From contig CAZWDT010000002.1 in assembly GCA_964632755.1 (NCBI GenBank), positions 2,279-66,278 of the forward strand: a stretch of DNA of 64,000 nucleotides. The letters are read 5' to 3'. Source of the DNA: an uncultured Methanotrichaceae archaeon. Its GTDB lineage: Archaea > Halobacteriota > Methanosarcinia > Methanotrichales > Methanotrichaceae. The notes under the pieces are model-generated. The model did not search any database. It had not been told where the DNA came from and saw nothing but the letters and a program-made list of their open reading frames with translations. This document shows positions 38,449 to 47,102 of this stretch, piece by piece (positions within the stretch are counted from its first letter, which is position 1; each line of letters starts with the position of its first letter). The position numbers and the translations under genes are program-made.

Positions 38449-41400
38449 ATGGATAAGAATTGGGTTCCAGGCGTCGTGCTGGTCGTCCTCTTGGCCCTGA
38501 CCGGCACTGCCTGGGGAGAAGTAAGTTCGTCATTCTCTGCGAGCGATGGAGAGAGCACGGTTGGCTTCTCAACGGTCTATGGAGCCGGCCTGAATGACAG
38601 GATCGCGGACTCAGGCAAGGCCGGCTTCAGCTCAGGGTTGAGCCTCAGCCGTGCGCTTCTGGCCTCGGGAAGCATGAACGAGTTTCATTATGTGGATGAC
38701 GGCACAGGCAGGGCCTCAGTGAGGGCTGAGGTTGAGAACGCCGCTGACTATCAGTATCAGTACGCGCTCTTTCCTGCGGAAGGAGATGTTGCACCGAGCG
38801 CCTACGTCCAGGCACGTCATTGGATGACGGCGCTGGATGCCGATAGGATCTACTGCGAGGAGGTTGCGACTAACGCCGAGGGCGACCTCGCCGTCACCAC
38901 GATAACAGTTGAGGATGGATCACTGCAGAACTACTTCGGACTTGCCAGGGCGACGGCTACTGACGTTACCACCTCCCACAGCGCGGATAGCGCGGAGGGC
39001 TCGATGGTGCTCATAGTCGCCGGGGCAAGGAACGATGTATCCGACCACGCCTATCACTCCCTAACGGCAAGGGATGCAGGCCTTCCTGCGATAATGACCG
39101 AATTACAAGCATCGACCTACGCCGATAACGACTTCGCAAGAGCCTCCATCGAAAGCGTCCTGGTGGATGTATCTGACGGCACGCTAAATATGGAGCAGGG
39201 ATCGAGCAACTCCATTGCCGACTCCTCCGGCTCCTGGACAAGCGTGATCGACGGTCAGCTGAGCTTCGAGGGCAAATGCTGGGCCGATGAGACGCCGAGG
39301 GCGCAAACGAGCATAGCCCGTCTCGTTGCTGACGGCTCCACCTATCACCATCTCCTGGCAGGCGACGTTCCTTGGGAGCTTCTGGGAGTTCCTGGGCGGA
39401 CCTCTCAATCCCTAACTCATGTCGATGGCCATCTCGAGCTCTCGGGCGATGCCCTGGAGAATCCGACGGGGACCTCGGTCAATGTTGCGATCTCGGCTGA
39501 GGGAAGCATCGAGCAGAACCTGTGGGGAGAGAACGCGGATGCCAACTTGAAGGCCGAGGCGGAAACGACCGTGGAACCTGGCAGCATCGAGTATACGGGA
39601 TCCGCCCAGGCGAGCAATACAAGGACCAGCGTCAAGGTCGACCTCTTGGCGGAAGCTCCGAATGGCTCGATCGACCATAGCATCGATGCTGGGGGCATGA
39701 CCGAGGAGGTTCCCGCTTATGCGGTCGACCTGGCCGAGTTATCGGCGGTTGGCACGTTTGCCTACGACTGGACAGCTCTCTCCTTAGGGACGCTGGACTA
39801 CAACGGGGAGGCCACATCGTGGAAGAGCGGCCCCGATACCATTGCCTTGGCCAAGGTGAACGAGCTCTTCGCTCATACCGACTTAGGCTCGATCTTCCAT
39901 ACCATCATGGCCGAGAATCCCGAGGGCGACTGGGCTCGCGAGGAGACGACCGTGGAAGCCTACAATAGCTTTGGCGATCTCTCCTTCTCCGGCTACGGCA
40001 AGGCATGGAAGACGGGAGCGACGGTCCAGGGCTGCCTATCTGCCTACACGCCATATGGGTATATCGGCAACACAATGGAGACGGGAACGAGCCTTTTCTC
40101 CGGATGCACAACGGCCCTGCAGGGGGGATACGACCTCTACGCATGGGATTCCAGCGATCTAAATGGAGGCGGATCGCTCGACCACACAGGTACGGCGATG
40201 GCCCGGAATGGCAAAGGCGGGATCGAGCCGTCTGGAGGAAATCCCGCGATCAGCCTTGCAGCAGTCCTCGATGCTAGGCTCGACACTCCCGGGAGCATAA
40301 ATCATTATATGGGCGCAAACGATGGAAGTGGCCACGCGGTCTATACGAGCACCGACCTGAACTCGGGAGAAGCGCAGTATCAATCCGATGGCGATGGGAT
40401 CATAGAGCCGTTGAACGGCATTCCATTGGCCGAGTATCACTACTCCGGCACGGCAAGCGCGCTTCAAGGAGGCGCCTATCTCAAGAACATGGAGACGAAT
40501 GGATATGTGACGGGCTCGGGCAGCATCAACCACCACGTATCTGCAAGTGCATGGCCTCCTGGGCTCGATGCCTATCAAGATCTCGGCTTGAGCGGCCTTG
40601 GCGGCTGCAGCTTCTACTATGCCGGCTTTGCACTTAGCTACTACAGCGCAAGCGGCGATCAGGTCTTCATCAACACGCCATACATAATCGGTTGCAGCAC
40701 TGGAGACCTCTACCACTCCCTCTCTGCCTTATCGTGGTCGTACCCATATCTGGCAACTGTGGGATCCTCGAATCTTGAAGCATCATCGAGCGTGAACGCC
40801 TATGGCTGCGCATCCATCTCTGCAAGCACTCAGGCGAGGGCAAGCAGCGTCGAGGCGAGGGTGGTCGAGGACTTGTACGTCGATGCAGGGGAGATCTACC
40901 ACTCAACAGAAGCCCATAGCAGTCCTCTGGAGGAAGTCGCGGCGCTCCAGATGGAGGGCCTCGGCAACAACGCATGGGAGAGCGACCTCAGCCAATCTGA
41001 GGAGGGCTCTGCTAACATGCACCATGCTGGATCTGCTGTGGCAAGGGATGGCCTAGCCAAGGTGCAGGTGGACGATCATACGGCATACGGGGATTATCTG
41101 ACGCTGGATGCCGGCGCAGGCGAGCTCTATGAATACGGCGGGCCTTCGGCCGGTGTCGACGTAGAGGTCGGATATGGTTGCTACAGCGATGGAACAGAGA
41201 TCGAGACTGCCACACTCACGCCATCCACTCTCTGGTATTTCGGATTGGCCCAGGACATCACCGGGTCAAGGGTTGCATCGGTCGTCACAAAGGGGCTTCT
41301 GGCCTCCGGCGATGGGATCTACGTCCAGCATTATGCCCATACTATGGACGATCTGGAGAATTGGCAGGAGTCCACAGTCGGTGTGGAGATCGATAATGGT

Positions 41401-41637
41401 GAGCTCAGCCTCCTTGGAAACGCGAAGGCTGATCTAACTAGCACCTCTGCATATCAGAGGGGAAGCGCGACTGGCGAGTACATCAACGTCCACGGCGAGG
41501 CATTGAACCCATGGGCTACGCAGTGTGACCAGGCATATGGAGGCTACACGGCCTGGTTCAAGAGCATGCGGTTCTATGATCGAGCCTGGACGAATCCAAC
41601 TGTCGCCGATGAGATGCATGGATTGATATACACATGA
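38449..41637 (+). CDS. large acidic secreted/surface protein, paralog 3
   Basis: I prefer the ATG at 38449, which is preceded by ggaggt. MDKNWVPGVVLVVLLALTGTAWG is followed by EVSSSFSASDGESTVGFSTVYGA..DRIAD..FSSGLSLSR. The C-terminal motif is RFYDRAWTNP. The track ORF starts at 38410. Confidence 0.85.
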   Translation: MDKNWVPGVVLVVLLALTGTAWGEVSSSFSASDGESTVGFSTVYGAGLNDRIADSGKAGFSSGLSLSRALLASGSMNEFHYVDDGTGRASVRAEVENAADYQYQYALFPAEGDVAPSAYVQARHWMTALDADRIYCEEVATNAEGDLAVTTITVEDGSLQNYFGLARATATDVTTSHSADSAEGSMVLIVAGARNDVSDHAYHSLTARDAGLPAIMTELQASTYADNDFARASIESVLVDVSDGTLNMEQGSSNSIADSSGSWTSVIDGQLSFEGKCWADETPRAQTSIARLVADGSTYHHLLAGDVPWELLGVPGRTSQSLTHVDGHLELSGDALENPTGTSVNVAISAEGSIEQNLWGENADANLKAEAETTVEPGSIEYTGSAQASNTRTSVKVDLLAEAPNGSIDHSIDAGGMTEEVPAYAVDLAELSAVGTFAYDWTALSLGTLDYNGEATSWKSGPDTIALAKVNELFAHTDLGSIFHTIMAENPEGDWAREETTVEAYNSFGDLSFSGYGKAWKTGATVQGCLSAYTPYGYIGNTMETGTSLFSGCTTALQGGYDLYAWDSSDLNGGGSLDHTGTAMARNGKGGIEPSGGNPAISLAAVLDARLDTPGSINHYMGANDGSGHAVYTSTDLNSGEAQYQSDGDGIIEPLNGIPLAEYHYSGTASALQGGAYLKNMETNGYVTGSGSINHHVSASAWPPGLDAYQDLGLSGLGGCSFYYAGFALSYYSASGDQVFINTPYIIGCSTGDLYHSLSALSWSYPYLATVGSSNLEASSSVNAYGCASISASTQARASSVEARVVEDLYVDAGEIYHSTEAHSSPLEEVAALQMEGLGNNAWESDLSQSEEGSANMHHAGSAVARDGLAKVQVDDHTAYGDYLTLDAGAGELYEYGGPSAGVDVEVGYGCYSDGTEIETATLTPSTLWYFGLAQDITGSRVASVVTKGLLASGDGIYVQHYAHTMDDLENWQESTVGVEIDNGELSLLGNAKADLTSTSAYQRGSATGEYINVHGEALNPWATQCDQAYGGYTAWFKSMRFYDRAWTNPTVADEMHGLIYT

Positions 41638-41644
41638 AGGCTTT

Positions 41645-41675
41645 GGGAGGAGAGACTCCTCCCTTCTTTTTCTCC
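41645..41675 (+). terminator. hairpin plus T-rich tract directly after paralog 3
   Basis: gggaggag-aga-ctcctccc forms an 8-bp stem with a 3-nt loop, followed by ttctttttctcc. It lies 8 nt after the stop codon. Confidence 0.6.
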
Positions 41676-42019
41676 ATCGGATCTGCCCGCGTTGTGTAGG
41701 CGTATCGCTTTTCCTGCCCTATCTGCCGGGTTTGCCGATCGTTGCTGAAAGATCGTAGCCGATGCATCTCTCTTTTCCGTATCTTGTCCGCCACTATTAC
41801 GCCTTATCGTCTGATCGTTGCCGAGAACATGCTCAATATGTTGAGGTAAATTGCCCTTTTGGCTAATCTTCAGCGGAACCGCAATGCCTCCTGATAGTGA
41901 TCTCTTTTGATCAGTATCTCAAGTATCCTCACGATAATTACAAGTGCTATCTCCCTATTTACGTCACCGCCAGATATCGTTTTTCATCATTTGTGCATGA
42001 GTCTGGCGGGATCATGAAC

Positions 42020-42200
42020 GTGTTATCCGCGAATGAACGCGAATGAACGCTAATATCTCCTTTTATTCGCGCGCATTTGCAGCCCCTCTGACCGGAGTTT
42101 ATAAACCGCTTTTATCCAAGTTTTGGTGTGCTGAAGTTGACAATAATTCCAAGTGGAAGATTAGCAGCCTTCAAATAATTGAGCAACTACGAACATAGTG
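42020..42200 (+). repeat. dispersed AT-rich intergenic element, copy C
   Basis: ttatccgcgaatgaacgcgaatgaacgctaatatctcc...aaaccgcttttatcc...gaagttgacaataattccaagtggaagattagcagccttcaaataattgagcaac is colinear with copies A and B. Confidence 0.75.
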
Positions 42201-42356
42201 CTGGATAAAGCAACCTCATGGCATGTGTTTTTTTTTATCTGCCGCATTGTCCTATCGTTGCCGTACATCGCTACTGCTGCAGATTGGCGCAAGGCAGAAA
42301 AGGCCGGCCCCCCAACGAATTCTCCGGCTTACGGCGGGAAAATGAGGGCTGTTGAT

Positions 42357-43277
42357 CTATGCTTGAAGAGGCAGGCCCCTTGGGAGGATATCTGCTAGGT
42401 ATTCCTCCCATCTATCACCATCATCCGATGCGATCTCCGATATCCAGCCGCAGCACTCGATCCAGTCCTCTTCCTCCTCCTTCGTCTCCGCGATGTTCAC
42501 CGTCCCCATGCTGAGACTAGTCTCGAATCGTCCAAGGAAGCTCTGCATCCCCTCGTGCATAAGAGAGGAGTTGGCAGCGCTCTGGCGATAGTCCAGTTGG
42601 CCCAGGCCGGTTGAGAGGGTCTGGCTCTCGTAGGCGAACCTCTTGGTTGGTTGGTAGTTCACAGCGATCACGTTATCCAGGTCCGTCGTCACAGTGACGT
42701 TGAAGCGATCCAGGCTGGAGCTGAGGAAGCGGGTTCGAGATAGAACGGGGTTGTAGTTCAAGGTCGACTTGACGCGGTCCAGGTTGTTGTCGGCAACCTC
42801 CCTATCGTTCATCCCCCAGCCCTCGTATTCAAGGGCGCGCTCGGATTCAAGGATCATCGGCCACTTCTCGAAGTAATGAAAGTAGGTGAAGGGATCGTTC
42901 GCCGCCTTGGTCGCGTTATAATCGACCGATTCGTTATCATCCGATCTGATAAACGTGCTCTCCGAGGCGGAGATCTGCCCCTCCCTCGCATAATCCCTCT
43001 CCTGAAGGCCGATCCCTTGAAAGCCGATATCGATGTAACGGGAGTGATACCCCCCCGAGGTTCGCCCGCCAGGGCTTATTTCTATCTTGGACACGGTCCC
43101 ATAAGAGTTCTCATCCAGGCTCATGTTCAACTTCATCCCCCGGCGATGTATGCTCCAGCCTTCGACGGAGGCCTGCCAGGAGTTGGCCGAGACGATTGAC
43201 GCAGCGAATATCAGCACCAAAATGAGATACAGCCACCTCTCAAAGGGATAGGCCTTCTCGATCCTCTTTCCTCTCAT
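42357..43277 (-). CDS. N-terminally anchored/secreted hypothetical protein
   Basis: 306 aa. It has one N-terminal hydrophobic segment (WLYLILVLIFAASIVSA) and an acidic Cys-containing tail (EEEEDWIECCGW). I recognise no family. Confidence 0.6.
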   Translation of the reverse strand: MRGKRIEKAYPFERWLYLILVLIFAASIVSANSWQASVEGWSIHRRGMKLNMSLDENSYGTVSKIEISPGGRTSGGYHSRYIDIGFQGIGLQERDYAREGQISASESTFIRSDDNESVDYNATKAANDPFTYFHYFEKWPMILESERALEYEGWGMNDREVADNNLDRVKSTLNYNPVLSRTRFLSSSLDRFNVTVTTDLDNVIAVNYQPTKRFAYESQTLSTGLGQLDYRQSAANSSLMHEGMQSFLGRFETSLSMGTVNIAETKEEEEDWIECCGWISEIASDDGDRWEEYLADILPRGLPLQA

Positions 43278-43586
43278 CCTGCCCCCATCCAGATCGGATC
43301 CGAGATATTCTGGCAGGCTTAACTATCTTCCGGGCAATCAGAGGTCGGTCGTGTACGGGAGTTACTGAAAAACGCTAGCTATCGACCTTACAAGGGTGAT
43401 TGACTGCCGGCTATCGATTCGTGCGATTTCTTTCACCCGCCCATACCCGCTGTCCTCAATCGACAAGCATGCACGGGAATCCTGGAGATCCCGGATGCAG
43501 CCGGCATATCTCCGGCGGGAGGGGGCAATCGGATTAGGATCCGGCACTCCGGAGGGATTCGTCGGCCGATCGGATCATTGCCCCTC

Positions 43587-44807
43587 TCATTCCTCCTCCG
43601 ACTTGGAGATGCGAGGCGGAGATCCAGGCGGCCCATTCAGGAGCAATTCCATAACATCTGGCCCATTCACCACGCCGAAGCCTCCTTCGCGGGCCGACGC
43701 TTCGTCGAATCGAGATATGCCGTCTGGTTCAATTCCCTCGCCCATCATGGCGAATGGGACCGGCTCGGAGCTGTGCGTCTTGGTCTCGATGGGGGTTGGA
43801 TGGTCCGGAAGGACGCAGGCACGATAGGGCTGGCCTGCCTTTCGGAGGCCTTCCAGAACAGGGCCCACTATTCGATGATCGAACTCCTCTATTGCCTTCA
43901 CCTTGAGGAGGAGGTTTCCCTCGTGGGCTGCCTCGTCCGGCGCCTCGACGTGCAGGAAGACGAAGTCGTGCCTGCCAAGGGCATCCAGAGCAGCCTCGAC
44001 CTTTCCCTCGTAGTCGGTATCTATCGTCCCTGTTGCCCCGGCCACATTCACCACTTCGAGGCCTGCGTATCTGCCTATTCCCTTGATGAGGTCGACTGCC
44101 GAGATCACAGCTCCTGTGATGTTGTGAAGCTTCTCGAAGCTTGGAATCGAGGGGGCTTTGCCCTGGCCCCAGAGCCAGATCATGTTGGCTGGCCTCTTGC
44201 CTCTGGCAATCCGCCGCAGGTTGACCTTGTGGCTTTCGAGAATTGGCCTTGCCTCCTCCATGATCTCCCGAAGCTTAGCCGCGCCCCTTCCGCGCGGCAG
44301 GTAATCCTGGATCTGCCTTCCCGTGATGTCGTGCGGCGGCGTGCACTTGGCATCGGCGCCCTCGTTCAAGACGAGGAGGTTTCTGTAGCTTACGCCCGCG
44401 TGGATTCGCCCCGCCGGTATCAGGGGCCGCAGGGCAACGATAAGCTCTGCGCCTTCCTCGCTTGAGATATGACCTGCGCTGTAGTCCTCCATCACGCAGT
44501 CGCGTACGGTCACCAGGTTGCATCTAAAGGCGATATCTTCCTTCCCCAGCTCCACGCCCATGGCCGCGGCCTCCAGGGGGGCCCTCCCGCTGTAGAAGCG
44601 GGAGGGATCGTAGCCCATGACGGAGAGGTTGGCAACGTCGCTTCCCGGGGACATTCCGGGTGGGACCGTGACTGCAAGGCCCAGGCGCCCCATCCTCGCC
44701 ATCTGGTCCATGTAAGGCGTGGAGGCTGCCTGGAGGGGCGTTCTTTTGCCCAGCTCCTCCAGAGGATGGTCCGCCATCCCGTCGCCCAGGAGAATGATGT
44801 GCTTCAT
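43587..44807 (-). CDS. cofactor-independent phosphoglycerate mutase family protein (GDGMAD subfamily, also proposed as a non-orthologous homoserine kinase)
   Basis: 406 aa. Diagnostic motifs are MKHIILLGDGMADHPL, TPLQAASTPYMD, PGSDVANLSVMGYDP, AFRCNLVTV and FVFLHVEAPDEAAHEG. Confidence 0.8.
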   Translation of the reverse strand: MKHIILLGDGMADHPLEELGKRTPLQAASTPYMDQMARMGRLGLAVTVPPGMSPGSDVANLSVMGYDPSRFYSGRAPLEAAAMGVELGKEDIAFRCNLVTVRDCVMEDYSAGHISSEEGAELIVALRPLIPAGRIHAGVSYRNLLVLNEGADAKCTPPHDITGRQIQDYLPRGRGAAKLREIMEEARPILESHKVNLRRIARGKRPANMIWLWGQGKAPSIPSFEKLHNITGAVISAVDLIKGIGRYAGLEVVNVAGATGTIDTDYEGKVEAALDALGRHDFVFLHVEAPDEAAHEGNLLLKVKAIEEFDHRIVGPVLEGLRKAGQPYRACVLPDHPTPIETKTHSSEPVPFAMMGEGIEPDGISRFDEASAREGGFGVVNGPDVMELLLNGPPGSPPRISKSEEE

Positions 44808-44893
44808 GTTGTGGTCCTCCGAGTGATCATCGCTTTACCAAGTGTTCATCGATTTCGTCGCAGGCCTTATCTACCGCATCCAGCCCTACGCGC

Positions 44894-45541
44894 TCAGGCG
44901 CTTTTAGAGGCCATCTCCTCGGCCCGACTCATATCCGCGAGATGCCTGTTCAGCACCTTTGCGATCGTGTTCAGCTTGGAGCGGTTGCATGTGGCCCCGC
45001 GTGTAACGCCTGTTACTATATCCACAACCTCTCCCTTTGTAACCGTGTTCGGCCTTGTGGGCTTGACGAGCCTGGTCTTTACGCCCTCCCTTGCGAAGTC
45101 CTCGAAGTCAACGGGACACTGAGCGACCACTACCGCCGGGATGTCCACGAGCGCCAGTACCTCCCTCGTCTTGAAGATGACGTGGGACTTCACGTTCCCC
45201 AGGTGGATGACGGCGATCTTGTGCCTTGCAATCTGCGCCACCTCCTTCTCGGTGAGCCCAAAGGTGGGGCCGTATCCGCGGCCGGCCGCCTGCGGGAAGC
45301 TCTCCGGAACGCCCGCCCCCGAGTTCAGGACAAGGACGCTCGTCTGGATGCCCTCCCTTCTCAGGCCATATGTGATCTCGCAGACGGGCTTTGTGATATG
45401 CCTCCTTCCCGGGGACATGGCGATCGCAATCACATCCGGCCTCGCAGCCTCTGATAGCGTTCCCCGCTGGGCAAGGCCTCCTCCCTTTGCAAGGCCCATG
45501 CTCTCCCGGCAGTCCACAACCTGCGTAGCTCTTCCGATCAT
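44894..45541 (-). CDS. mcrC: methyl-coenzyme M reductase operon protein C homologue
   Basis: 215 aa. MIGRATQVVDCRESMGLAKGGGLAQRGT...AMSPGRRHITKPVCEITYGLRREGI...PVDFEDFAREGVKT matches my memory of McrC. No mcrA/B/G genes are in the window. Confidence 0.65.
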   Translation of the reverse strand: MIGRATQVVDCRESMGLAKGGGLAQRGTLSEAARPDVIAIAMSPGRRHITKPVCEITYGLRREGIQTSVLVLNSGAGVPESFPQAAGRGYGPTFGLTEKEVAQIARHKIAVIHLGNVKSHVIFKTREVLALVDIPAVVVAQCPVDFEDFAREGVKTRLVKPTRPNTVTKGEVVDIVTGVTRGATCNRSKLNTIAKVLNRHLADMSRAEEMASKSA

Positions 45542-46056
45542 TCCGACCCTCCTGCGTGCGATAATCCGCCTTCCGCGCCCTTCGATATAGTCAAGAGCTC
45601 TATCTCGAACGTCACCGTCTGCTGTGCTAGAGGGTGGTTGGCATCCAGTGTGGCGATCTCTTCCTCGATCTCGGTGACCTGGACCTGGACCCCTCTCCCG
45701 TCGTCCTCGTGGATCTCCAGGTCCATCCCCTCCGCCAACACCAGGTCTGGGGGTAGATCGGCGAGGTTGACGGAGATCACCAGATCCTCGCGATAGAGGC
45801 CAAAGGCCTTCTCGGGGGGTATGACGACGGTCTTCTTCTTCCCGGGGCTCATGCCGATGACGGCCTCTTCGAATCCCTCTATCATCCTTCCTTCACCGAG
45901 GCAGAACTGCAATGGTTCCCCTCCTCGTGAGCTCTCGAAGGGCACATCGTTCTCAAGCGTTCCCGCATAATGAACCTCCACAACATCGCCCGCCTTGGCT
46001 TGAACCATATCTAATGCACCTACCATATGCTCGCTTCGATTGTCGCCTTCGTCCAA
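45538..46056 (-). CDS. FKBP-type peptidyl-prolyl isomerase with insert-in-flap domain (SlyD-like)
   Basis: VEVHYAGTLENDVPFESS, LQFCLGEGRMIEGFEEAVIGM and the IF-domain tail DANHPLAQQTVTFEIELL are all present. The real start is probably an internal ATG (46026 or 46008). Confidence 0.85.
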   Translation of the reverse strand: MDEGDNRSEHMVGALDMVQAKAGDVVEVHYAGTLENDVPFESSRGGEPLQFCLGEGRMIEGFEEAVIGMSPGKKKTVVIPPEKAFGLYREDLVISVNLADLPPDLVLAEGMDLEIHEDDGRGVQVQVTEIEEEIATLDANHPLAQQTVTFEIELLTISKGAEGGLSHAGGSE

Positions 46057-46103
46057 TCATATCTATGGCTATCGCATATTTAGCTGGTGCTATGAGTGTG
46101 GGC

Positions 46104-46127
46104 AGTCTACCACAATGCAGGTAGACT
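46104..46127. promoter_or_regulatory. 8-bp inverted repeat in the divergent FKBP/mcrC - htpX promoter region (candidate operator)
   Basis: agtctacc-acaatgca-ggtagact lies immediately upstream of a TATA-like ggctttaaatgg, about 95 nt before the htpX ATG. Confidence 0.25.
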
Positions 46128-46220
46128 ACTTTTGAGCCAGGGTGATGGCTTTAAATGGTAGGCATATCATAATTCATACGTGCATCCAATGTATCAAAGG
46201 GTCCAAGGTGGCATCAATCC

Positions 46221-47102
46221 ATGAGAAAATGGCAACAGGATAGGGGGTTGCAGTCTAGAATGCTGCTGACCATGGTTCTCCTGGCAGCAGTCTACCTGGC
46301 CTTTCTGGCCTTTCTGGCATATATGGGCACCAGTCAGTCCTTCATGATCCTCATCGCGGGGATATTCATATTCGCCCAGTACTTCTACTCGGACAAGATG
46401 GTGCTCTGGAGCACGGGCGCTAAAATCGTCTCCGAGAGCGAGGAGCCCGAGCTCCATGGCATCATCACCCGTCTGTGCGCCGTGGCCGACATTCCAAAGC
46501 CTCGCGTGGCCGTGGTGAACACGAGCATACCAAACGCATTCGCAACCGGGAGGAATCCCAGTCATGCGGTCGTCGCTGTGACGACCGGCCTTCGGCAGAG
46601 GCTTAACCAGGGCGAGCTCGAGGCGGTGATAGCCCATGAGCTCAGCCACGTCAAGAACAGGGACGTGATGGTGATAACCATTGCGAGCTTCCTCTCTACG
46701 GTGGCCTTCTTCCTAGTCAGGAACATGATTTTCTTCGGCGGGGGTCGGCGAAGGGAGGACTCCGGAGGAGCCTTCATAGCGATCTGGGTCGTATCCCTGG
46801 CAGTCTACATAGTGAGCTACCTATTGATCCAGGCGCTTTCCAGATACAGGGAGTTTGCCGCAGACAGGGGCTCTGCGCTCATAACCGGCCAGCCCTCCCT
46901 CCTTGCCTCAGCCCTCCTAAAGATCAGCGGCTCGATGGAGCGAATCCCAAAGGAGGACCTGCGAAAGGTAGAAGGGATGAGCGCCTTCTTCATCATTCCC
47001 GCGATCTCTCGCTCGTCCTTGATGAACCTCTTCTCGACGCATCCTAGCGTTGAGAAGAGAATAGCAGCTCTGGAGAGGATCGAGCAGGAGATGGAGCGCT
47101 AG
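46221..47102 (+). CDS. htpX: zinc metalloprotease HtpX (M48)
   Basis: 293 aa with 4 TM segments, the HELSHVKNRD zinc motif and the C-terminal FSTHPSVEKRI. Confidence 0.9.
   Translation: MRKWQQDRGLQSRMLLTMVLLAAVYLAFLAFLAYMGTSQSFMILIAGIFIFAQYFYSDKMVLWSTGAKIVSESEEPELHGIITRLCAVADIPKPRVAVVNTSIPNAFATGRNPSHAVVAVTTGLRQRLNQGELEAVIAHELSHVKNRDVMVITIASFLSTVAFFLVRNMIFFGGGRRREDSGGAFIAIWVVSLAVYIVSYLLIQALSRYREFAADRGSALITGQPSLLASALLKISGSMERIPKEDLRKVEGMSAFFIIPAISRSSLMNLFSTHPSVEKRIAALERIEQEMER

Noticed and set aside
42030-42056. The tandem GCGAATGAAC GCGAATGAAC could be a CRISPR-like or microsatellite array.
   Set aside because: Only two adjacent 10-nt units are present, with no spacers. It is the head of the dispersed 190-nt element.
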